Of a stretch of DNA of 64,000 bases, positions 25,029-37,000 are shown in pieces (within the stretch, counting starts at the first letter, position 1; every line of letters begins with the position of its first letter). This stretch comes from Trichosphaerium sp. ATCC 40318 (lineage: Eukaryota > Protista > Tubulinea). Below the pieces are notes generated by a model. The model did no database searches, was not told where the DNA came from, and saw nothing but the letters and a program-made list of their open reading frames with translations. The stretch covers positions 496,001 to 560,000 of the forward strand of contig JALMLS010000228.1 of NCBI GenBank assembly GCA_038496445.1, given 5' to 3'. The translations under genes were made by a program, and so were the position numbers.

Positions 25029-28000
25029 ATGAAATTAGGGTCGAAGAGACGTGGTACTACACATCCACAATCAACTGGTTCAAGGAGATATAGTTCTCAT
25101 GGTATTTTGATTTAATATTCGTTTACATGCCTAAATAATGATCTAATAGAACCCACGTATAGCCACAACAGGTTTTCTGACCCCGAACCTAAAAAGAGTA
25201 GAGTTTATGAAGCTAGAGGTCAACCTGGAGACCCAGGAGCTCCACCAGGCGCCACATCACTTGTTGGTGGTGCCGGAAGCTATGCCAAGTACTTTGCTTT
25301 GTTCTGTATTGTAGTTGTACTTGCGCTTTGGATTACTGTTAAATTACAATCTACAGATGACATGGACATATCTGATGAACGTACGTCAAAATGCCACGTT
25401 GTTTTTAAAAAAACTCAGTTTACAAACAAACAATCAATGCGTCTTGTCTCATTACGCGCGTAGAAACGGTTCCAGATAATTCCAAAACGCTAGATCCAGT
25501 TAATTTGCCAGATGTAAACAAACAAGATCCCAACAAAGACTTAATGTATGATGACACGTACCCTGATGATATTGAAGACGATGGGGACGGAGAGACTGCA
25601 GCAGACACAGAAAAACCAGAAACAATTGGAGAAGACGACACAACGAGCGACGAAGACAATGACAGCTTAGGATTAACGGACAATGATAAACAAGAAACAC
25701 TGAAACCAACTGAAGAAGAAACAAAGAGTGCTACAACAGTTGCTGAGGAACAAAATGAGGGAGATCCTAAAAGCGAGAAACCAACTGAAAAAGAAACAAA
25801 GAGTGCTACAACAGCTGCTGAGGAACAAAATAAAGGAGATCCTGAAAGCGCGAAACCAACAGATCGTGCAGACGTTACTGCAGCTGTTACAACAGTAAAA
25901 AGCGAGGAGGAGACACCAAAACCAACTGATGCTAAAAAAGAAGATGGAAAGAAAGAGAAGTCTGAGTCTACTGCTGTTAGTAATGAAAAAGATGATAATA
26001 AGTCAGTGACCAAAGTTGATGACGAAAATGTAACAAAAGAACAAGCCGTTGACACTGAGAAACTCACTGGTGAGAATACAGCGGCAGAGATATCCAAAGA
26101 TGTTGATGTTGACACTGAGAAACTCACTGGTGAGAGTACAGTGGCAGAGATATCGAAAGATGTTGATGTAGACGACACCAAGAAACCTGATGAGAGTGCA
26201 ACGGAAGAGAAGTCAAAAGACGTTAATGTTGACCCTGAGAAACTCGGTGGTGAGAATACAGCAGAGATACCGAAAGACAATGATGTAGGCGACACCAAGA
26301 AGCCTGGTGAGAGTGCAACTGCAGAGAAATCAAAAGACGTTGATGTAGGTGACACCAAGAAAGTCGATAGTGAGAGTAGCGACATACCTACAAACAGTAT
26401 TGGTACGAACAAAAGCGGTAATGAAGAGAGTATAACTACCATAGACGGCGAGAATACATCTATAAATAACGACAAGGAAGTTACAGATAAGAAACTTGAA
26501 GGCGAAGAAACCAAGGAAAATAAGGATACTACCAAAGAATCTACGAAACCAGAAGAGAAAATACCTGACAACAAGGGGTCTAAAGAAACAACAAAAAATG
26601 AAGAAAATGCTGGTAACGGAGGAAATTCTAATGAAGACAAACCAAACACCACCGATAACGAGAAGAATGATTCTAAACGCAGACGCACTGAACCTGAACC
26701 TGGACACGCTGAAGCTTATAGCTTCAAAAAAAGTACGTCGAGTTTTTGTAATTTTTTTTTATTTTTTGCTGTTCCACGTGCGCTTTACTAATCTTTTATA
26801 ATCTATAGTGGATACAACTGAAAATGCTCGAGACTTTTTACGTATTCTTACATGGAACATTGAGAAAGGGTGCGTGTAAAACATAATTTCGAAAAAAAAA
26901 TCCGAAAAAAAAAAAATTATTTTTCTTTGGACCTGTTGGGACAGAGTCGGATGAGAATAAGTGTTACCTCTTCTACGATTTTTGATACTTATTTCTGCCT
27001 AAAACTAATTTCCTAGTTGCCCTTGCTGCGGTTTTATCAACATTTCACTATTTTTAAATGTTTTTTTTTTTGTTTTGACTTTGAAAAAGTTGTATGTAAC
27101 TTACTTGTTTGATAGATACCAAGACCGCCTCTCAAAGATCATTTCAACGTTGTCTAAACTTTCTCCAGACATTTTACTTTTGACTGGTGTCGATTGGGAC
27201 TGTGAAAGAACAACAACAAGAAAAAGCGAACTAAGTGGTGATATTGCATCAATTCTAGCTGTTTCTCTACGTCTACAACACCGAACCTTTCAAACTTCGT
27301 TTGTTGAGTTATGGTCTAAAGAACGTGAGGCTAACATGCAAGGTGGCGGCGTTCACGGAAATGGTAAGTTCCACGGCAACATTTTCTTCATTTTGTAAGT
27401 TAAGCTCACTGTTATTTTTTTAAGTCATCCTATCTCGGTATCCTGTTGCAGATGTTCGTTCTGGTATCTATAAAGAAACACCAAAAGTTTGGACAAAAGA
27501 TAATCAACAACCTAGAAAAGGTGGTCGCGGTTTCCTTGGACAAACTATAGACACACCTTTCGGTAATATCACAGTTGTTGTGTACGCTTCTTTTTTTTTC
27601 TTTTTTTGTTCTTTTTTGTGACAAATGTCATTTGCTAATGATGTCTACGTTCAGTACTCAATTGGAGAAGTATGCTACTAAAGACCAACGTGTATTGCAG
27701 TTTAAAGAGTTATCTCGCCACTTTGGAAATGATACAGCTCCAACAAAAATACATGAACACACTAAAGGTTACCCGATAATAATCGGTGGTGACTTTAACA
27801 CTTGGTCTTATAATATAAATGAGGATGATAAAAAGAAGAGTGAAGTTGTAGAGGCTTTAAGATGGAAGAAGGATATTATACCCAACATGCCTGGCATGTC
27901 ATTAGAGGTAAGCACAATAGCGTTTTATTCATTCAAAGAAAAAAAAAACTTGATCAAAGTTTTTGACTTTTGATTTTATAGGATCCTTTCCCAGCTACTG

Positions 28001-28182
28001 CTGCTACGTCGTATGCCGAATATAAAAATACAGATGCTGATAAAGTAGACTGGCTCCTTATTGATAAAAGATTCGAAGTCACCTATCAGATGCTCGCTGA
28101 AGAGGATGAAGTGTTTACTGACAATTTCGAAAACAGACTTTCAGATCATTTGTGGATGTATGTTGACGTTTCTAAGTCATAA
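25029..28182 (+). CDS. Type II membrane protein: TM helix, acidic repetitive stalk of about 430 aa, C-terminal endonuclease/exonuclease/phosphatase (EEP) domain
   Basis: TM YFALFCIVVVLALWITV. EEP motifs LRILTWNIEKG, PDILLL, GGVHGN, IIIGGDFNT, DWLL and SDH. Confidence 0.8.
26047..26380 (+). repeat. Coding tandem repeat of about 60 bp (20 aa, VDTEKLTGENTAAEISKDVD-like)
   Basis: Five to six degenerate copies in ORF 25505-26791. Confidence 0.85.
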
Positions 28183-28957
28183 TGTACCACTGCAGCCTAT
28201 ATATGAAACCTAAAAAAGACCAAGCGCCAAGGAGTAGTCGCGTACATTTCTTTGTAAATACGAAAGCACCTTGTAAATGTAGATAGTAAAACAACTTTAA
28301 AACAAACGTTGCTCTTGTAGAATTCTATCAGTAGTTTTGTTGTTTTCTGAAAACTGTTCAGTTTAAACCACAAGTGAAGGCATGAATAGATAGTATACGT
28401 TAACTTAGGTCATTGAGACGTTATCTTAGGTATTATTTGGCAAGTTTCAAACACCTCATCATTTGTACCAAGAGGTTTTTGTACAATTTGATATTGCAAA
28501 AAAATAATATGCTAATAAAAGAGCAAAAAGTGGCTCTAGAGCCCAAAAATGGTATCGGTTCTTGTTTGTAAGATCCATTTAAACGTATTACATGAACATG
28601 AGCATGATACGGGAAGCGTTCGGGTTACGCTAGTCCGAAGTTTGTGTGGTCGTAAAAACACAAATTGATTGTACGTTCACAATATCCTACGCACAAGGTA
28701 CCAAATTAACGTACCAATGACAACTTTCATAAGGACCGAAAATAAAACATGCAAGAGCCGCTTTAAATTCCTCCGACCCGAAACTACTTATCAAACAGCT
28801 GACTCGGGTAACATTTTCGCCATAAAGTGACGGATATGGAGCGTGTTTGCCAATTCAGTACCATTTGCCTTAATCGGCCGATAAATTTCCCTATAACACA
28901 ACACCCACAACCACTCCCGATACTCACTCAATACAAACTTCAAAACACTCACACGAA

Positions 28958-29659
28958 ATGATATCAACCGGAAAACTCCTTATCGTAGTTTTCGCCCTAT
29001 GTGCACTTGTATCGCTTGTGTCAGCTCACGGACGCCTTGAAGTTCCTAAGACAAGAGATATGCAACACAACGTTGCGTACCACAGACAAAAGGCGCCTGT
29101 AAGGTTATCCAATGGACGTTTCACGTCTGAGCACAGATGCAGAGACTTGTCCTTCATGGGAACTACCGCAACATACCAAGCCGGAAGAACATATGCTGCA
29201 AAGGTCGATATCGAAGCAGCTCACCCTGGTGATTGCTCTTTCTACCTTTCTTTCGATAATGAAAAGACATGGGCTCGTGTAAACTACGTCAAAGATTGCC
29301 AAAAACCAAGCCAAAATTTTGTCATCCCTTCGTGGGCTCCTAACGGTAACGCTGTCCTTCGTTATGAATGGAATGCTTTGCAACAAGTCACAGCTGTTGA
29401 GTACTACGTACAATGCGCTGATATCAAGATCACTGGCGGAAGAAACGGCGGTGTAAGCTTTAGCCCTGTTGTACGCATACCTGGACATCTTCCTACGGAT
29501 CCAAGCAAGTACAGGAAAATCTACAACCCAAACACCCCACAGTTTCATGCTGGTCCTAAACTAGCTACATTTGGCGGTGCCGGAAACAATGGTGGAAACA
29601 ACAACGGCGGAAACACCCCTCCACCTCCTCCACCACCTCCTCCAATGAACACCAACAAT

Positions 29660-29695
<36 letters not shown>

Positions 29696-30717
29696 AACAA
29701 TAACAATAACAACAACGGCGGAAACCTTCCTACATTACGTGCCCCTGGTAACATTGCTGTCGAGCACTTCACTTCCTTTAAAGATCATACACAAGGCAAT
29801 GAAGGTACGACGCACATTTTTTTTTTAGTTTGTTTTATTTTTAGATTGTTCTTTATTCTTACTTACTTTCGAACAAGGTGGTGCAAACTGCGCTCCAAAG
29901 AACACTGGTAGCGAGAGAGCTGATCTACAACTTAACAATGGCAAATGTAACCTTGGATGGATACAATCTGGTGAATGGGTCAGCTACGAAGTTGACTTTC
30001 AACCTGGCACATACGATGTTGAATTTCAGGTCGCATCTGCCAGAGACGGTACCCACGCTTTCCGAGTAACCGTTGATGGTAAATCAGCTCAATTCTCCTT
30101 TGGTTCCACTGGAGGTACGTATTTTATTGCTTTGTTCTGACAACACGTGATACTAATACTACAATGCAGGTTGGCAACGCTACATAAGTCCAAGGGAGTT
30201 CCTTGGAAATGTCGCTGATGGCGTGCAAACGGTTACTGTCGAAATGTTGTCAAAAGATTTCAACATTCGCGGCTTCAAGTTCATCAAAAGCGTCAAAGGT
30301 GGTAACAATGGCGGTAACAACGGTGGTAACAACGGAAACAACTGCCCAGGCAAACGTGACCTTTCCTCGTACGTTTATTATTTGCGTATTTATTATACAT
30401 CGCTGACTTCTCTGTTTAGCGGTTTGAGTAACGCTATGATTGTCAACCAACCAACTGATATTACAAGAGGTTCTAAATATAACTTGGCTGTTCAATACAA
30501 GGCTGTCGAAGACAGTGTCATTCAAGTAATTATGTGGAACAACTGGAATCCTATCACTACAGGTTTCGCACATGTCTCTGCTGGTGTCAGCATGACCAAC
30601 GTCTCTATTGCTGTACCTACCAATGCTGTACCTACAGGTCACTTTTTCACAACAAAAGTATTTCCAAGAAGTCTCTGGGAAGAGATTGCTACTACTAACT
30701 TGGTCCAAGTTAATTAA
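28958..30717 (+). CDS. Secreted lytic polysaccharide monooxygenase (LPMO) plus Pro/Asn linker, CBM6-like module and C-terminal beta domain
   Basis: Signal peptide VSA then His1 (HGRLEVP), second His in AAHPG, and LRYEWNAL..EYYVQCADI. CBM6-like LGWIQSGEWVSYEV...GTYDVEFQVAS...TGGWQ. Confidence 0.85.
29652..29715 (+). repeat. (AAC/AAT)n poly-Asn microsatellite after poly-Pro
   Basis: Seen directly. Confidence 0.95.
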
Positions 30718-30896
30718 ATTGTCACGTGATCATATGTGATTTTATCTGTCAGTAAATAAACTTCTTTCACGAAAATTTGTTGAACTGCTTGTTTACGTTT
30801 TTCTAACTTCTTTGCTTTCTAATTTTATATTTGTAAGGATAGTTCCTTTACGCTGTCACAATGAAGCACAAGGTTTGCCTATTTGTTTGTTGGCAT

Positions 30897-31341
30897 TTTT
30901 TCAAGAAAGCAGTTGAGGCCGGCTTAACTGCCCGGTGAATGCAGCTTCTCTTCAGCATATCTTTTATTTTACACCTTTAGGTTATCTCTACACTCTCCAG
31001 AGCCCTTTACGCCCATGACGGGCCCAAAGCACTCCTGTGCACACAGTTTAATGCTATAGCTCTGTTTGACATGCTAAAGTACTTTTAGTCACACCGCTGG
31101 CCTTTCTTTTGTATTTCGTTGGTAATCTGATTTAATTCTCTATTCTGCTTTTACACGCTAAAATCAACTACACTAACTCGATTTTACCTTTCTCACTGCT
31201 TTTTAGCAACAAACTAACTTCCTAAAGGAACACCTCACTATTTCTACGTCTATGGCCATTGAACATGCTTGTAACTCAAACATTATTAGCAGGTAATGAA
31301 ACTAGATGTCAATGAAGATAGCAAGGTCAGATTTTTGAAAT

Positions 31342-31374
<33 letters not shown>

Positions 31375-31781
31375 GTACTTCCTTTTCGTATAATCACGTG
31401 CGCAATGAATATGTTTCCACAAGTGTAGATAGCTTTGCTATGAGGAACATTTCTTTTTTAGCTGGGACTGGACCATTTCTATATGCACTTGAGCAATACA
31501 GTAATTAAACAGATAGCAACAAATTGTCCATGAAAACGTTAACCTCAGAACCATAATCAAATTGCTGACCATTAATAGAACATATGCATATGCCGGACGA
31601 CAAGTTTTATTTTCATCTGTATGATTGGTCCTGTTCCATGACATGATGTCCTCCTGTAACTTTCTGTACACGCATGTCAATCTGTAAGTCGTCTTCCATG
31701 TAAACCCCCCTATATGTAATAAAGTAGGCGCTAGCGCGCTGCCTCTTGTTCTAAAAAAAAAATTTTTCAAGAAAGCAGTTG
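30897..31781 (+). other. Segment of about 850 bp bracketed by a perfect 19-bp direct repeat, ending in AATAAA and A10
   Basis: TTTTTCAAGAAAGCAGTTG at 30897-30915 and 31763-31781; AATAAA at 31718; A10 at 31753-31762. Confidence 0.5.
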
Positions 31782-32067
31782 TATATCATTGTAAGGTGAC
31801 ACTTGACACATTGCACTTTTAGTTCGGACACAAGTTTTCTGTCTTTTTTCTGTTTAGCAGTGGCTTAAAGTCGGCCATTTGCTAGTTTTGAAAGAATATT
31901 GAATGTACAAACGATACTGCACGACAAAACAATATCTGACTTGCCTCTTTTCAGTACGTGAAAATAAATTTAATAACATGTCAAGTTTTCAACATATTTT
32001 CGAATAAATTCTTAGAATAACTTACTTGTATCAGTTACAAGTTCAATAATTAAGTAATCAAAGCATT

Positions 32068-32690
32068 ATGAACATAGAAGACAATACCATTCTTCCCAAC
32101 GAGATGTGGTTACATATCGCCTGTAATTTATCGTTGCCTTCATTTTGCGCTCTACATCAAACAAGCATTTCTCTCTTATTCTATGCTTCAAAGACTTATC
32201 TCAAGGTTTCTGGACAGAACAGCTACGTAGTGTTGCCAATATTGATGTTGATACCTTCAACGACATGATAGAAAGTCCTACACGATATATTAAAATCCCT
32301 ATGTCCAGAATATCATACAACCCACTAAAACCAAAGTTTTATAAACTCCACCAGAAGCCTGGCTGCAAGACACCAAAATTTACAAGTGACATGAAGAAAC
32401 TATTCATGGCTTTTCGTATTGGCCCAGCAATTATGCGCCACCTTCAAGCACAAATACTGAAGGAATCTGATACCCACCGGGGATACAGGATTGACTCTGT
32501 AGAGAGTAATTTAGCTGGTCCTTTTGAATACGAAATAGATTGGAACAGAAAGCAAATTACTTTTGGCAAGGTTTCTGCTGTTTTTGGCATCTACGGCGGT
32601 TCATTTGGTTTTAATGCATGGCATCTATTCGATTCATTTACATGCGATTTGAACGCCCTTGAACTTAATGTACTAGTACCCAATAAATAA
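32068..32690 (+). pseudogene. Intronless F-box protein with a frameshift near 32165 (pseudogene or sequencing error)
   Basis: ILPNEMWLHIACNLSLPSFCALHQTS in one frame continues as KHFSLIL... in the overlapping ORF 32145-32690. Confidence 0.6.
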
Positions 32691-34019
32691 CATTATAAAG
32701 TGTAACAGCAAATTACTCCCAAATTTAAACAACCATTGCTAATGACTTACTACGATGAAAACCATAGCACTAGAGTATATGTTATGATGTTAGTAATTGA
32801 ATGATTTAATGCTTGGTCACGAGGCCAGACTTGTTTGTATTGAAAGTCAATACACAAATAAAACAACACTACAAAAAGAAAGCAAACAAACATTCTGTAC
32901 ACTGCTATCATTTGCGCTATAGCCTCTAGCTGTTAAAGATTGTTTGCCTGACTATTGTGTCTTATTCGCCAACCCTCATTAGTCTCAAACCTCCGTAAAA
33001 CAGCTTGTGCCGTTAAAAACATTTTCAGAGAAATGTTTTACTCCAGATTGCAAAGGTTTTCACGTTACCTTTTCTAGTTCTCAACAAGCCAGATGGCACT
33101 GTAATGCCAGATGTGATACACATCATTAAAAATCCAGCATGCTAATTAATATTAATTGACAATAGTGCCAAGTGTAGAACAGTGAGAAATGCACGAAGAA
33201 AGGTTTGCGTTTTGATGATTGTTTTGTTTTGAGCGCTACGCACATCCGTGCACTCTTAATTTCAAGAATTTTAGACCAACAACAAACAGAGATTTTAGCC
33301 GATATCTAAGTCGACTGAAGGTTTCGATCCTGTCACTCTTTCTTCTATCATTCACGTGACAGTCACAATGATCTAACCTACAACACGTTCTATCCTACTA
33401 TGATCACAACTTGAGCTGTGAATAAGTCAACAGGAAAAATAGTTTATAACGTCTTTTGAGTACCAGCGTATTGAATATACCCAAGAAACCCTGAAAATTG
33501 CAAGATAGTATTAGCCAATGAAACACTTTTTATGCGTTGCTAATACAATATGCTTGTTGTAATCTACACGCATATGTACCAACAACAGTGTTATTTAGCT
33601 TTCTGTACGTTAAGCACAATCATTTAACACTGGGATATTTTTATTTTGGCCAAGAACTTTTGTATTGAATACCTTACGCCCACAGATTCCTACAACGCAA
33701 ATACTAGCTAAAAGGAAAAGTTTGGACGTCCCTATGAAAACTCATAAAATTTTATTCTCTTGCGCAAAAAATGTCAAATGACAAGCAAATACCGCCGTGT
33801 TCGTTGTAGCGATTAAACAAGGTTGTAACGAAACAAAACGAACAAGCGGAAGTTGGTGGTATACCAAATTTGCTTTTGGTGACGACCGAATTGAACATCT
33901 TTTCGGAAATCACCCTGTGACATAGTGCTTATTTACGCTCAGATTGCAAATGGAAGGTAAAGGTGCCTGTTTAAGCCGAGTTACCTTATTTATAGCCAAA
34001 TTGAAACCACACCACACAA

Positions 34020-37000
34020 ATGGCCACATCACTCACAACGGTACCCACTCTTTTCAGTTTGTTGTTGTTGTTGTCTCTAAATTTCGATTTCTAGTGGCCG
34101 TACGTTGCAATTACGCTTCTATGCGTATGCGCGATGCTCACACAAGTTAAATCAACATCTAGATCCGATCCTGTGCAAACACACACTTGCGATACAACTT
34201 CAAACATCTGGGGTTGTGCCAAGTGGAAACCACACCCAAAGTCTGGGGTACCTATTAGATCACGGTGCCTTGACACCCAACCAGAAGCAATAATGCCTTG
34301 GGCACATAAGGTAAAGCGTACAGATGGTATAATACTAGTTGTTGGTACCGAAGAGAGCCCTGCAACGGAGTATGTTCCTGGAGAAATTACAGATGTCCAC
34401 GTAATAGTAACCGATTACGAAATGAAGTATCGCGGTATTATGCTGTATGCTGAAAACAGGTTCGGACGGAAAGTTGGAGAATGGATTCTTGATGCAGGAA
34501 GAACAGGTACGATTTTATTCGTAAACACTGGGTTAACACAAAACGCGTTGCAACCAAAAGCATCAAATTTTCTTTTTTGAGACTGCCAAAAAAACACTTC
34601 ACATTCTAAACTCGGCAGTGACTTAATTCTGATGGGTTTTTTGCGTTTCATGGTCTTTAAAAACGACGTATAGAGGTGAAACTAAAACCAATAACATAAA
34701 CAAATACTTCTTACCTGATTACCATCGTTTTTTTTTATTGGAAATCCTTCAATTTGTTTGCTAACCTTGTTCGTTTTCTTTAGAAAATTGGAAACTTCCT
34801 TGGGGTAATACAGGCTTTTGCGGTAACACTCTAATGCACAATGGGGCTTCTATTAAGCCTCTGCATCAGATATTCAAAATCAAACTACCAGCAGGCGAAG
34901 GTAAACTCACAATTCGTTGCCTTATAAAGACAGGAGTACCAAACTTGGGTGCTTTCTGGAGACCAAACTTGAGCGGAGATGTTCAACTCGATGAGGCGGC
35001 AGAAGCAGATTATACCTATTGGCATATGTCTCAAGTAGGACAATCATGCACTCAAGTTTGTCGTTCTTACGGACAATACTGCCACGAGGGTTCTCTTCAT
35101 CAGGTCTAAAAAAATATACCAGTTTTTTTGGTATATACCACTTTTATACCACTTTTTTATACCAGTTTTTTATGGTATATACCAAAAAAAGTGGTATATT
35201 TTGACCAAAATATACCAAAAAAAGTGGTATATTGACCAAATATACCAACAATATACCAAAAAAAACAGGTATAAAAACAGAAAATATACCACTTTTTTTC
35301 ACCAGAAAAAAAAAAATATACCACTTTTTTATACCACTTTTTTTAGGTATATACCAGTTATATACCACTTTTTTATACCAGTTTTTCATGGTATATACCA
35401 CACTTATATACCACTTTATGCTTACTTATAGTACACCTGCAATTCCAGAAAATACACTTTATTTAATACACAGTTTGTGAGTTACAAGTTTTGGACAATG
35501 TCCACTACAGTTACATTACTATGGGCGTCTGGAAAATTCGTCCATCTCCATGAGCTTGCTGTACCTACTGTAAAAACATGCTGCACACCTAATGAAAGTG
35601 GTCCCACCTGAATCCATCAATTACTAAGGCCTACGGAGGTCGGTTAATGTATATCAAACGAAAATAAAATAAAACTTTGTCTGGTACCCACGAACGTCTG
35701 TATAATACCTGCAATATAGTTTCCTCAATGTTGGTACTGGAATCAGGTCCTGCGGTTCGAATGAGCTTGGTTTGGTTAGATTCTATGATATACTAAGGTC
35801 CCTACGCACCGTTCAATGTATGACGTCCATGATCGTTCAACAAGAAAACCCATTACCAAAAAGCTCCTTAATGACCTTCTTGAAGCATACCATAAAAGTG
35901 GTATATACCAATAAAAAGGTGGTATATACCACATACCATAAAAAAGTGGTATATACCACTTTATATACCATTTTTAGAAGGTCTCATTATGTGAATGAAA
36001 AGTGGTATATACCACTTCCATATACCACTTTTTTATTCACTTAATTTTTAAAAAAGTGGTATTTCAAAATGGTATATACCAGTTCATATACCATTTTGTT
36101 GAAAAAAGTGGTATATACCATAAAAAAACTGGTATATACCACTTTAATTTTTAGACCTGATGGTATTGACAGTGTTTCAAAACTGCTTGCTTTAACAAAA
36201 AAACATCACGTTTGTCGTCTTCCTGTTTTGAAAAGATGCACTGGTCTTGGTATTACAAGCAATGTGGAGGGTTTCTGTATGTATGAAGAATCCTCTTGCC
36301 CTGCCGAAGCAGGTCTTGATAAAGAAGATCCTTGCGACGTTAAGAGTTTTGACCCAGCAATGGGGTACGAGTTCTTTTCTTTTAAACGTTTTTTAGTCAA
36401 GCTTTTTATGTCTTCTTGCTTATCTTGCTACTTAATAAAAACGCTTCTGTAAATGTGTTTCTACACCTGCACCTACCACAATGGCACCAACAGAAGCTCC
36501 TACAACAGCAGCACCAACGGAAGAACCAACAAACGGAGCAATTTCCAACACAGTTGGTGCTAGTAAAACAGCTGCTTCAAGCTCCTCACGTGCTACTGGG
36601 TAACTAAATGCTTTTAGTATTATTCAACTCTGCATTTATTAACTTTGTTGGTTAGATCAGTCCTTGTCGTTCTTGCTTGCCTGCTCTTTGTAACGACTGG
36701 CTCTAAATCGTCAACAAATGGACCATCATTTGCTTTCACTATTCTTTTGGTATCCGCTATCATCTTTGTTGTTTCCCAACTGGTACACAAGGACACAATT
36801 GGCTTCTCAGTCAATCAAGAAGAAGTTACGCAAGGTTAGTACAAGTTTTCTATTGGTAAAACTGGATGTTCCATTTCTAGAGTTTCCTTCCTTTTTATCC
36901 ATTGGGTTCTCTTTTCAACACTTCTCTTCGCATTCTAACTTGTGGAATTAGTACTGAAAGGCCTTGCCCTCCTAAAATCCAGGACGAACCGCACGCTCAA

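Noticed and set aside
25420-26688. 422-aa minus-strand ORF (and similar shadows such as 13822-14178, 29545-29772 and 39512-39979)
   Set aside because: These are antisense shadows of low-complexity or GC-richer coding sequence on the other strand.
33315-33400. GGATCGAAACC (minus strand) as an initiator-tRNA T-loop
   Set aside because: The T-stem pairs at only 3 bp and no cloverleaf can be built.
35104-36154. The insertion as a functional Introner-type intron
   Set aside because: GT-AG splicing yields CAT CAG ACC TGA (frameshift and stop), and no nearby alternative site restores the frame.
36765-36785. Programmed -1 ribosomal frameshift before the HNW domain
   Set aside because: There is no in-frame X XXY YYZ slippery heptamer, and other lesions in the gene make decay or a sequencing error more likely.
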